From Nitrospirota bacterium (GTDB taxonomy: Bacteria > Nitrospirota > Nitrospiria > SBBL01 > JAADHI01): DNA of 64,000 nt. Under the pieces are notes generated by a model. It was not told the origin of the DNA. It ran no database searches and worked only from the letters and a program-made list of their open reading frames with translations. Location of the stretch: assembly GCA_029261155.1 (NCBI GenBank), contig JAJDBW010000038.1, forward strand, positions 7,706 to 71,705. The letters run 5' to 3'. The position numbers and the translations under genes were made by a program. Positions 19,185 to 27,950 of the stretch are shown one piece after another. How positions within the stretch are numbered: position 1 is the first letter of the stretch; every line of letters starts with the position of its first letter.

Positions 19185-21542
19185 TTACCTGTTTTCGAGG
19201 CGGTTGTAGTCGAAGAGTCCGGCCTCAATAGGTGCCTGTTCCCGATACGCAGCGATCAGTTGATCGCTATGCGCCCAAAAATCGGGATGCCTGCGGTCGA
19301 TGCCGAAACGGGCCACAAGGGCACGATAATCGGCTTCTCCCCTGAGGCCTTCAATCGCGTTCACAAACGCGGGCAGCTCCGATTTTTTCATCTGATAGAA
19401 GGCATTGGGATAGGCCCCCAAAAACCCCCGAACCACGGTGAGGGTATCTTCTTTCGGAAGCCGCCGCTTCTTTTCGAAAAAAAGGTCAGACACATTGCTG
19501 AGCCCATTGCTATGAAGAAGCGTATAGTCGCCTTCGTTCAAATCTTCTATCCTTAAAAACGCGACCTGCGGCAGCCAGGAGAGGGTCAAGCCTTGAATAT
19601 TCGATAGCTTTTTTAAGGCCGCCGCAACCTGAACATCGATCGTCGCTGGAATCGCATAGGCCGTATTGAGTACCGGTTTCAGGCGTTTTTTTAAGAGGCC
19701 GATGAGTTCCTGCTTAGGCTGCTGGGTTTGATATTCAATGCCGGTCTCTCGGTCAAAGAGGGTCATGTACTGTTCTAAGTGGGCCTTCATTTTTTCGTCG
19801 GTGTCCCGGTACCAAAAATCCCATTCACTTCGGCGGGCATCCTTCGGGAGCAAGGTCAGGAAGTTAAATTCGCCATCCATACGGATAAAATCCATGTAGA
19901 GCCGGGAACTGAGTTGGTGGCCGATATTGCCGAAAATGTCGTAGCCCGCCACCAGCAAATAATGAATCCGTTCAAGGAGTGGGTAACCTAAGGCCACCAC
20001 AGTTTTGGGTGTATCCCCCACAAAACCTTTTACCACCGTGGCGTTGTCACGGTGGCGGAAGACCGTTAGGGCGGCGTTGTCATTGCTGCCGTCACCGTCC
20101 CAAACCAGGTCTAGGGTAATGTCTTCAGGCCGCAAGGCTTCCCGCATGTACTTTAGTTTTTGCGTGAAGTATTTTTTTTCCAACTTGGAGTATTTGAGCC
20201 AGGTCGATATCGGGTCGGTATTGCTCGCCTCAACGGTGGGCATCTTCAGCTTGTGGTGATCGCGGGTGACTTCCTGTTGTCCGTGCGCGACTTCTGGATT
20301 ATTGGGGTTCACAAAGACAATCCAAAAACGCTGATTGATGACACCCAGGGCAACTTGTCCCAGGCACACCGGCCCCTTAATAAAATTCATAATCGTAAAT
20401 CGGGCCTCGTCCAATAAAAATCGATAGCGCGAATCAAGCGGGATGTCCTGAAAGGCATCGAAGGGATTGGCGGCAATTTCAGGTTTGTAGGAGGGCAAGC
20501 GCGTCACGGCATAATCGGGTTCTAAAAAAAGGGCGGTATAGCGCGCCATGCGTGCGGGATTAAAGGCGTAGGGCATGTGGGTTTTGGCCAGGATAGTGGT
20601 TCGCAGTGGTGTGATGCGATAATAGACCCGCTTCACTTTTGGATCGTCGTAGGGTCGCCGTGCGCCGATCGTATCAAGCGGCTCACCCGGCGGAGTGCGG
20701 GATCGCACAAGACGGAAAAATGTCCGGCTGTTTCCCTCGTCGAAATAAATGTGGGCTAAAAACAAATGTTCGTAAAGATAACGCGCCATCAATTGGGTCT
20801 TGAGTCCATCGCCATTTAAAAAGTGCTCCCACCGGGTGATGTCTTCAAGGTTCTTGCCCGTGGTGGGGGAGGGCTCGCGATAGGGCGCGCCGCCTTCGAT
20901 CCAGCCCATTAAGGTGTCGAATTCTCTATTCGCCAGATTCGGCAGTCCGTAGGGCATGCCCCACAGCGGTTTTTCTTTTGTGAAGCGATGAACGGAATCC
21001 GAGGTCGCGCAAAACTGCTTTCGATCGAGAGAAAAATCGAAACTCGCGGGCAGGGGGCTGGTCTTCGGTTGAGGATTGTCGCGTTTCAGTTGAAGCATCC
21101 GGGCCATCACGCTCGCTTCGCTCTGGGCGGTTTTCACGGGCTTCCCTTCATTGAGCACAGGGAAAAAGTCCATCTTCCGCCATTGTTCGGTGGAGTGGGC
21201 ATCCTCGAACAGCCGTGTCGGCGCAATGGCCAAGAGGCGGCCCGGATCGTAGACCACGGTTTTATTCGCCCCGCGCACAATGCCTTCGTGCGCGCTGAGG
21301 TTCATCTGGCAGGGGGCATCGTAGCAGCCATGGCAGACCACGCAGCGGGCATCCAGAACCGGTTTGACCTCACCCCAGTAGTCGGGAGGATGGGCCTCGG
21401 CGACGAGCGTGGGCGGCTCAGTCGTGGCTTTCACCTCGTTTTGCCCCTTCGTGGTCTTGCCCAGGAAGAAGCCGCCCACCGCCAGCAGCAGGACGAGCCC
21501 CACTACGCCCGCAGCGATGATGATTCCTTTAAGACCTTGCAT
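19185..21542 (-). CDS. cti: fatty acid cis/trans isomerase (haem c-type, Cti family)
   Basis: 785 aa with an N-terminal membrane anchor and then CVVCHGCYDAPCQMNL, the haem-binding CXXCH signature region of Pseudomonas/Vibrio Cti. Confidence 0.8.
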   Translation of the reverse strand: MQGLKGIIIAAGVVGLVLLLAVGGFFLGKTTKGQNEVKATTEPPTLVAEAHPPDYWGEVKPVLDARCVVCHGCYDAPCQMNLSAHEGIVRGANKTVVYDPGRLLAIAPTRLFEDAHSTEQWRKMDFFPVLNEGKPVKTAQSEASVMARMLQLKRDNPQPKTSPLPASFDFSLDRKQFCATSDSVHRFTKEKPLWGMPYGLPNLANREFDTLMGWIEGGAPYREPSPTTGKNLEDITRWEHFLNGDGLKTQLMARYLYEHLFLAHIYFDEGNSRTFFRLVRSRTPPGEPLDTIGARRPYDDPKVKRVYYRITPLRTTILAKTHMPYAFNPARMARYTALFLEPDYAVTRLPSYKPEIAANPFDAFQDIPLDSRYRFLLDEARFTIMNFIKGPVCLGQVALGVINQRFWIVFVNPNNPEVAHGQQEVTRDHHKLKMPTVEASNTDPISTWLKYSKLEKKYFTQKLKYMREALRPEDITLDLVWDGDGSNDNAALTVFRHRDNATVVKGFVGDTPKTVVALGYPLLERIHYLLVAGYDIFGNIGHQLSSRLYMDFIRMDGEFNFLTLLPKDARRSEWDFWYRDTDEKMKAHLEQYMTLFDRETGIEYQTQQPKQELIGLLKKRLKPVLNTAYAIPATIDVQVAAALKKLSNIQGLTLSWLPQVAFLRIEDLNEGDYTLLHSNGLSNVSDLFFEKKRRLPKEDTLTVVRGFLGAYPNAFYQMKKSELPAFVNAIEGLRGEADYRALVARFGIDRRHPDFWAHSDQLIAAYREQAPIEAGLFDYNRLENR

Positions 21543-21721
21543 TAGCTTGTGTCGTTTCGGTGCATGTTAAGGCGCGTTCTGCGATGGGTATAAATATCAA
21601 AATATTTGCTTTCGATCATGAGATAGGGCCTTGGTTTGTAGGCCGGATAAGGTTAAATCTCAGCCGCGCCGAATTTCGGCGTCGGTTGTGGTGCCTTGTT
21701 ATGACTTTCTATTACGATATT

Positions 21722-22459
21722 CTAATTTTTCAAGAGACTCTTTTTCAACTTAAGGAGTTCAGTGTTCGTTGGATCTAAAGCCAATCCTTCCCGAATGGCT
21801 TCCAGGGCCATATCTGAGCGGCCGACCTGAATATTGAGTCGTGCAATCCTTAGCTTTGATGCGGCTAAATGTGCCCTGGCTTCATTTGCAGAGCGTTTTT
21901 TAAATACGGGTTCCAGGGATTGAATGCTAAGCATCACCTGCGCCCTGTATTTCTCGAACACGGCTGGGGGTGCAACATAGGATGAATTGTAATACTGCTT
22001 TCCGTAAAGTAATTCGTAGCTTTCTTGCTTAAAACGATTGGGTATCTCGAAATGACCTTTCACTGCAGGAAGCGCGTCCCACTGTATAATTTCATAACTG
22101 CTAAATGGCTTGAACTGCTTGTACTTTCGTTTCAAATTGTTATGGCCTTGTTTGGTGCTGGCGACAATTTGTTTGACATTCTTCATCTCCGTGGACATGC
22201 CAATAACCAACAATGACACCCCTTTTACACCAGGGGCCGTGAACTTCACCTTGCCTCTGGGGTCTTTTGGGAAAGCCTTAATGCGCCAACCCTTCGGCGG
22301 ATAAATCTGAAAAAAACCGTGCGGATCCTTATACGCGTCAGCCGCAAGAAGCGTGCTGTCATCCGCGAGCACGTTATGAGAGAAAAGCGCAATTGTTACC
22401 ATGCAAAGCATCGTGGATACAGCAAGGCGGAATGAGTGGTTTTGCAAGAATGAGGTCAT
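21722..22459 (-). CDS. secreted hypothetical protein with C-terminal TPR-like helix pair
   Basis: 245 aa with a signal-peptide-like N-terminus. The C-terminus (ARAHLAASKLRIARLNIQVGRSDMALEAIREGLALDP) looks TPR-like. Confidence 0.6.
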   Translation of the reverse strand: MTSFLQNHSFRLAVSTMLCMVTIALFSHNVLADDSTLLAADAYKDPHGFFQIYPPKGWRIKAFPKDPRGKVKFTAPGVKGVSLLVIGMSTEMKNVKQIVASTKQGHNNLKRKYKQFKPFSSYEIIQWDALPAVKGHFEIPNRFKQESYELLYGKQYYNSSYVAPPAVFEKYRAQVMLSIQSLEPVFKKRSANEARAHLAASKLRIARLNIQVGRSDMALEAIREGLALDPTNTELLKLKKSLLKN

Positions 22460-22533
22460 AATTTACTCCTTTTTGGGCATAACGATTGAGATAAGCCGCC
22501 GCGCCGATTACTCGACCTAAAATTGAAAGCGGC

Positions 22534-22971
22534 TTATCGCGGTCGGGTTGAGCGACGGGTTATGCCCGAAATACACCTGAAACTGAATGCTACTCCACCA
22601 CCTAAAAAAGCACCAAGCCCAATAACAGAAAGTAAATGTTTCGTGGTCATGATGGTCTCACCCAATCCAAAAACCGAGAATAAGAGCATTGTTATTCCGC
22701 CAAGCACCACACCTCCTATCATTAGTGAAGAAAAAGACAGACAATTTTTCCAACGTAGCGCATTATAGTACGGCAAACCCAAAAAAATAGATGCGATATA
22801 GCTTATTGGAGTAGCGACTATAAAGTAAATTGCTAAGCGCCTAACTAGCCCACTATCGTTCCCTCCCCGGATAACGTGTAAAACTATTGCTGCCAAACAA
22901 TAAAGTGACGGGGCCGCCAAGGGTGCGATAAGAGTAGCCAGGACTAGTTTCTTATTATTTCTCATACCCAC
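22534..22971 (-). CDS. small four-TM membrane protein, unknown function
   Basis: 145 aa with four hydrophobic segments of about 20 aa and a basic C-tail. Lies 75 nt downstream of the DUF262 gene on the same strand. Confidence 0.6.
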   Translation of the reverse strand: MGMRNNKKLVLATLIAPLAAPSLYCLAAIVLHVIRGGNDSGLVRRLAIYFIVATPISYIASIFLGLPYYNALRWKNCLSFSSLMIGGVVLGGITMLLFSVFGLGETIMTTKHLLSVIGLGAFLGGGVAFSFRCISGITRRSTRPR

Positions 22972-23045
22972 TTAGGGCATAACGTATAGCTGAGTGGCGC
23001 GCCACAGCCCTTGCCTGAAAAGCCGCCGAAGTTCTTCGCGTCCAC

Positions 23046-24080
23046 TCAAGCGTCTTGTTCGATTTTAATCTGTGGGGTGTATGAAGAGTCCAATACTTTT
23101 TGAATTATTTCTCCCCTTTTAAGGCGACTACCACGGTCATTTGTGGCCGCCAGCGTAGCTTTATAGTAAATATTCTGTAGGGTTGAAGTGTCGTTAGGGT
23201 CTATAACTCCATCAACTTCGGAGAAAAAATCTTTTAGGGCAAGTGCAGCATTTTCTGTCCGTAAATCATATTTCCTTTTAAAAATAGCGCGGTGTACTTC
23301 GACAAAAAGGGTGAAAAGGTCTGCTTTTTTCCAAACTCGAGATTTAGAATCAAAGTCACAGCGGGTTATGAAGTCTGTAACGGTATGGAATTCTTTTCGA
23401 AGACTATCTTTTTGCTCAAACTCTTCGTTGTAGTTTTCTAAGTATTTTTCTAGCACATCATCGCGGTTGGAATATCCAGACATCAGTGTAGAAACTAAAA
23501 CCAAACAAAATCTAATATCACTCATGCGTTTTATTTCTTGTGGTCTAAAAAAACGAGATTCCTCAAAAAAAGGATGTTCCGCAAGTTCTTCGCCGAATTG
23601 TTTAAATTCACCATCAAAACGAGCATTATGGACTTCCATAGCATTGAGAGCGTAATTAGTGGAATTAATTCTTCTAAATATTTCAAGAATTTCCGAGATT
23701 GGAAGTTTTCCAAGATCTCGAACAACAACTTCATATTCCAAAAATCCTAGTTTCTGTCCTTCTGAGAGTTCACGATATGGCTCAAAATTTCTATCAAGTT
23801 TTAAATCTGGTGAGCCTTTGAAATATTGATAAAGGGTAGATATTCTTTGTTGGCCATCAACTAGCATTTCATTTCCTTCCCCTGTATCTGAATTAACGTC
23901 ACCAGCGGCAATATAAATTTCAGGGAAAGGATATCCTTCAAGTACGGTTTTGAGAAATGCCAGTTTATGTTTGTTTGACCAAACGAGCCGCCGTTGAAAT
24001 TCTGGGCGAGGTAGCAATACACCGTTTTGTATTCCTGTAAGAAGGATTCGAAGTTTTCTGTTAGTTGCTGATGTCTTCAT
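23046..24080 (-). CDS. DUF262 (ParB/Srx-like, GmrSD N-terminal-type) protein without DUF1524/HNH half
   Basis: FQRRLVWSNKHK...LVDGQQRISTLYQYF motif. I place the start at ATG 24080 (MKTSATN), 4 nt after the upstream gene's stop; the track start 24239 would overlap that gene. AT-rich coding sequence. Confidence 0.8.
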   Translation of the reverse strand: MKTSATNRKLRILLTGIQNGVLLPRPEFQRRLVWSNKHKLAFLKTVLEGYPFPEIYIAAGDVNSDTGEGNEMLVDGQQRISTLYQYFKGSPDLKLDRNFEPYRELSEGQKLGFLEYEVVVRDLGKLPISEILEIFRRINSTNYALNAMEVHNARFDGEFKQFGEELAEHPFFEESRFFRPQEIKRMSDIRFCLVLVSTLMSGYSNRDDVLEKYLENYNEEFEQKDSLRKEFHTVTDFITRCDFDSKSRVWKKADLFTLFVEVHRAIFKRKYDLRTENAALALKDFFSEVDGVIDPNDTSTLQNIYYKATLAATNDRGSRLKRGEIIQKVLDSSYTPQIKIEQDA

Positions 24081-24084
24081 TCTT

Positions 24085-24636
24085 TCACACCTCTTGGCGG
24101 CATTGTTCAAAGCATTTTTGTTGATATGAGTCAAAAAAATAACGGGAATGGTAAAGGCCACCTCTGATTTTATAAGGACCAAATTCACAGGCACCGGAAA
24201 TATCCTCAAAAAATTTCCACCATTTTTTTGTAAGAGCAAAAGAATATTCTAGAGGGAGCATGTCAGGCCTTATCCAACCTTGAAAATGATAAGACTTGAA
24301 TTCTTTTACTTTTGGCCAATAGCCTCCATTTCTTTCAAAAGAAAAAACTTCACGCCATATTTCTTCAAATAATCTTGTGCAAACTAAGACTATATCAATA
24401 TCTGATTTATCATAAAATGGCTGAAATCTACGTTCGGGTTTGATTGAAAATCCTAATTTTGCAGAACCGACCATAAAGACCTCGCTATAATCTACTGCAA
24501 AGTAATTAGCTACAGTCTGCCGAAGACGATATTGGTGGTCATCGTCAAAAGCAAAAGCTGTCCCCGAAAGGTAATACTTATTTACAAGCTCAGTATTATT
24601 AAGGGTTATGAGATCTTTCTTGAAAGCTTCTATCAT
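24085..24636 (-). CDS. minimal nucleotidyltransferase-like protein (Pol-beta-fold signature)
   Basis: 183 aa. VGSAKLGFS...YDKSDIDIVLV fits the hG[GS]-x(n)-[DE]h[DE]h NTase pattern. The Trp/Phe-rich C-terminal half is unrecognised. AT-rich. Confidence 0.55.
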   Translation of the reverse strand: MIEAFKKDLITLNNTELVNKYYLSGTAFAFDDDHQYRLRQTVANYFAVDYSEVFMVGSAKLGFSIKPERRFQPFYDKSDIDIVLVCTRLFEEIWREVFSFERNGGYWPKVKEFKSYHFQGWIRPDMLPLEYSFALTKKWWKFFEDISGACEFGPYKIRGGLYHSRYFFDSYQQKCFEQCRQEV

Positions 24637-25102
24637 GTTTATTTTTCAATCGAACATATACTATACGGCCCAATTGCCGTATTTTATTACGCCAAAAATT
24701 TGATGTTAAGGGACTATTCCAAGTAAATCTAATGCTTTTTATTCTTCGAATTCATATTGAAACCCGCAAAGACGGCAGACGATCTTTTCAATTGAACATC
24801 GACAATCTAGGCTAGGGTTTCCCATGAAGCATGCGCCATACTTTTAGCCTTCAGTTGCCGAGCCGAATTGTACTACAATCCGTCTCACGGACCAAGCCGA
24901 TCTTGGGGAATGCGTCGTCAAGTTTTCCAGTGTTAAGGTCCAGCGAGAAGATGTTTCAAGGGAAGATAATGAGGTCTTCGAATTGGCTGACTTCGTCGTA
25001 GTAGCTAAAGTCCGCGTGGATCATGATGCTGAAGAGGATGAGGCGAGGCACTTAAATTTTAGCGAGAGGGTTCGTCGGGCCGATTGACAACGATTAATAT
25101 AC

Positions 25103-25405
25103 TTAAGAGGTTTTCGGAAACAGTCGCGTCTTCGCATCCTCGGAACCCAGTTCTAATTCCACGGCATCGGCAGATGGGGCCTCGCAACGGTCGCCGGAAT
25201 AGTAGGTCAGAATAATGAGGGCGTACTTCACCGCGCCGGGCGATAAGTAGTAGACCCGCCCGCCTTCATCGCCCGCGCCGGAAAAGAGGGCCATCTCCTC
25301 CGGCGCCTCTTCCTCGTCGTAGATTTCTTTAAACTCGTCTTTAAGGCGTTGTCCCTGGCCTTTGGCCAGTTGTTCTGTGTTGAGGGGAATTTGGTACCAC
25401 TTCAT
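25103..25405 (-). CDS. small acidic hypothetical protein
   Basis: 100-aa ORF, last gene of the lipase operon (36 nt after the upstream stop). No family recognised. Confidence 0.5.
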   Translation of the reverse strand: MKWYQIPLNTEQLAKGQGQRLKDEFKEIYDEEEAPEEMALFSGAGDEGGRVYYLSPGAVKYALIILTYYSGDRCEAPSADAVELELGSEDAKTRLFPKTS

Positions 25406-25441
25406 GGGGAGCCCTCTATTTTATTTCGGTAAGCCGGTCGA

Positions 25442-25906
25442 TTATTTCCCAGCATCGAAGGCCTCTATCGCATTTTTCCAGGCATCGTTCAGGGAGTCGT
25501 AGGATTCGGAGAAGCCTTTTTTAACATGATCCCAGGCCTCGGCTGAACTGCTTTTTAAGCGGCCGGTCCATTCGGCCAACTTCACCCGCTGTTCACGCAA
25601 TGCCTTCAAGTTCGCGCGGGCTTCTTTCTGCGCGGTCTTGCTCATTGTGTCCCATTTCTTGTCGATTTGCGTTTCCAGCTTCTCGATGCGATGGTCGAGA
25701 TGATCGAGGGCGTCCTGCGTTTTCGCGAGGGCTTCTTCCCGCTGGTTGGCCGTGTAGCCCTTGAGGGCCGTCATTAAATCCTGCACTTCTTTTTTTACTT
25801 CCTGCATCGTCATCTTGTCTTCCGGTTTGTGGGCATGGCTAAGGTGTGGAACAGCCATCGCTACGACAAGCAAAAAGGCGAAGATCAGGGGATAAGAATA
25901 TCGCAT
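25442..25906 (-). CDS. secreted all-helical, apolipoprotein/LEA-like repeat protein
   Basis: 154 aa with a signal peptide (…AVPHLSHA) followed by amphipathic K/E/A/L-rich helices. Its start lies 10 nt after the lipase stop. Confidence 0.6.
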   Translation of the reverse strand: MRYSYPLIFAFLLVVAMAVPHLSHAHKPEDKMTMQEVKKEVQDLMTALKGYTANQREEALAKTQDALDHLDHRIEKLETQIDKKWDTMSKTAQKEARANLKALREQRVKLAEWTGRLKSSSAEAWDHVKKGFSESYDSLNDAWKNAIEAFDAGK

Positions 25907-25916
25907 GCGGAGTCCC

Positions 25917-26747
25917 CTAAAAATCGCAGTCCCATTTTTCGACGGCCCTTAAATAATTGGCCATGTCGTGGTCTTTAATGCCGTCGATGCCCAGCTTGAG
26001 CGCATCCTCGAGGGCGCCGTCGAAATAATCGACAAAACGAAACCAGAAGCCGGGATCGTTGTGCAGTTCTACTTCCTGAGAAATATAGAGATAGGTGCCC
26101 ACATGGCTGTAACCCATGAGCCGCGCGGGGACGCGGGTGACCAAGTCGTTGTTGTTTTGAAAGCGGAAACAGCGCGCCTTAGACTCGACGTTGAAAATAC
26201 GCGCGGCATCGCGCGTCATCACCCTGGGTTGGCCAAAGGTGTAGACCGAGGTAAAGGGAAGGTCTTGGTGGAGCAGGATGGAGGCCCCGACGGTGGCCAT
26301 GGCGCCGCCCAAGCTGTGCCCCGTAAGAAAAATGGGCCGCTTTTTTTTGCGCATTGCTTTTTGATATTCCGCGAAGAGGCCTTCCCACACGTCTTGGGTC
26401 GAACGCCAAAAGCCGCGATGAAACTCTCCGAACAAGACCTCTTCGGAAAAGACATTGATGTTGTCGAGCCAATCGACAATTTCGTCGGTGCCCCGAAAGG
26501 CCATGCAAAAATAGTCCTTGTGTTCGATAAAAGCCGCTTGGGCGCTGTTTTGCGAGAAGCCTTTCACGGATTTGAATCCCGGATCGAGCTGACTCAGTTT
26601 CTTTAAAATTTTGTCTTCATGGGGCGTCGGGTCTTTTTTAGTCCGCCGAATGTAAACGGCCTGGGATATTTTCGCCATCCAATAGGCGTTTTCTTTGTTG
26701 AGCGTGGTGGTATAGGGTTTAATTGTATAAGGCTTAATCGCGACCAT
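25917..26747 (-). CDS. class-3 lipase family alpha/beta hydrolase
   Basis: 276 aa with the nucleophile elbow GHSLGGA and a surrounding Lipase_3-like pattern (FRGTD...W..N). Confidence 0.8.
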   Translation of the reverse strand: MVAIKPYTIKPYTTTLNKENAYWMAKISQAVYIRRTKKDPTPHEDKILKKLSQLDPGFKSVKGFSQNSAQAAFIEHKDYFCMAFRGTDEIVDWLDNINVFSEEVLFGEFHRGFWRSTQDVWEGLFAEYQKAMRKKKRPIFLTGHSLGGAMATVGASILLHQDLPFTSVYTFGQPRVMTRDAARIFNVESKARCFRFQNNNDLVTRVPARLMGYSHVGTYLYISQEVELHNDPGFWFRFVDYFDGALEDALKLGIDGIKDHDMANYLRAVEKWDCDF

Positions 26748-26884
26748 TGTTTCCTCCTCTATAATCTAAGTCGATCCTGATTACAGGATGACGGGACCTT
26801 GTTGTGTTATGCAAGGGCTGATGCCGTTTTATGGTTTTTTTATTTGTGATCTTCATTCGTTTCGGTTTTTTTTTACGTTGTGAC

Positions 26885-27754
26885 TTATTGCCAAACTTCA
26901 AAATACATCATCGCATGGTCCGAATAACGGTTAAACCAATCGTGCCAGTCAGGGGGAGGCAACTTGGGCCAACCGAAGATGCTCACCTTTTCGGGGCCGT
27001 TGCCTTGACTGCGGATTTTAAGATGGTCGGATGCGACGACATGATCCAAATTTTCCGGCACGTAATTGGGGCTGCCGTTGTACCAGGTGACCTCTTCCGA
27101 ACGGCCCTCGATCAAGGCCCGTTCCTTACTCAACAGGAGCATGTCTCTTTTGCTTGCCCACCAGGCAATGCGCGCGATTTCTTCTTTTGGGGGGAGGTCC
27201 ATTCTTTTGTAATAAGGAACGGGATCGTCGATCCCCATGGTGTTTAAATCGCCGAGGAAAATGAAGTTGGATGGCCCCCCGGCGGCCTTGTCGAGGGCCT
27301 TCTTTAAATTAAAGGCGTGATCGAGCGCGGCGTCGCGCAAGCCGAAATCTTCCGTGTCGCTCCCGCTTTTAATATGCAGGAAGAGTAGAGAATAATTCAC
27401 ATTGTTAACGCGAAGGCTCAGGAGCAAGCCGGGTCGTTGGTAGTCTCTTCCCGTTTTAAACTCCGTCCGCTGCGTCGAGAAGGTCTGTAGCTTTTTATGC
27501 ACGCCCACAAAAATTTCCTGCGATTGCTTCCCTTCGGTCAGGTGGAAACGATGATTGGGAAATTGCGTCATGAAGGCCTGAAACACGTCTTTGCCCTCCA
27601 CTTCGAATAAAACAAAAACATCGGGCACCGAGGCGGGTCCGCCGTTTTCGCCCGAAATGAATTTGGCCACCCGTTGTACGCGATCGGCATCCGAAGCCGA
27701 TGAATTCCGAAAATGTTCGACGTTCCAGGAAGAGAGGGAAAAGACCTTCGGCAT
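26885..27754 (-). CDS. endonuclease/exonuclease/phosphatase (EEP) family protein
   Basis: 289 aa with N-terminal SWNVEHF, internal GDLN and C-terminal SDH, the typical EEP catalytic blocks. Confidence 0.75.
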   Translation of the reverse strand: MPKVFSLSSWNVEHFRNSSASDADRVQRVAKFISGENGGPASVPDVFVLFEVEGKDVFQAFMTQFPNHRFHLTEGKQSQEIFVGVHKKLQTFSTQRTEFKTGRDYQRPGLLLSLRVNNVNYSLLFLHIKSGSDTEDFGLRDAALDHAFNLKKALDKAAGGPSNFIFLGDLNTMGIDDPVPYYKRMDLPPKEEIARIAWWASKRDMLLLSKERALIEGRSEEVTWYNGSPNYVPENLDHVVASDHLKIRSQGNGPEKVSIFGWPKLPPPDWHDWFNRYSDHAMMYFEVWQ

Positions 27755-27950
27755 TGTTTATCTCCATATGAGAGTGGTGGTCTAAGGTCTTCGATAGAAA
27801 ACCGAAGGTGCTGTGGCCTGCTTCGTTCGTGGCCGGTGCACTAGAAAAACCAATAAGGGATTCTTATACACGATTGTTCGGAATTTGTCTTCCAGATCGG
27901 GCTAAAAAAAAGTCACAAAGTTTGAACGATTGGAAGGACCCTATGCGGGT

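Noticed and set aside
25968-26606. 212-aa plus-strand ORF, plus several 80-110-aa ORFs at 26179-26508
   Set aside because: They are antisense or out of frame within the Lipase_3 gene, which carries GHSLGG. Their composition is typical of shadow frames.
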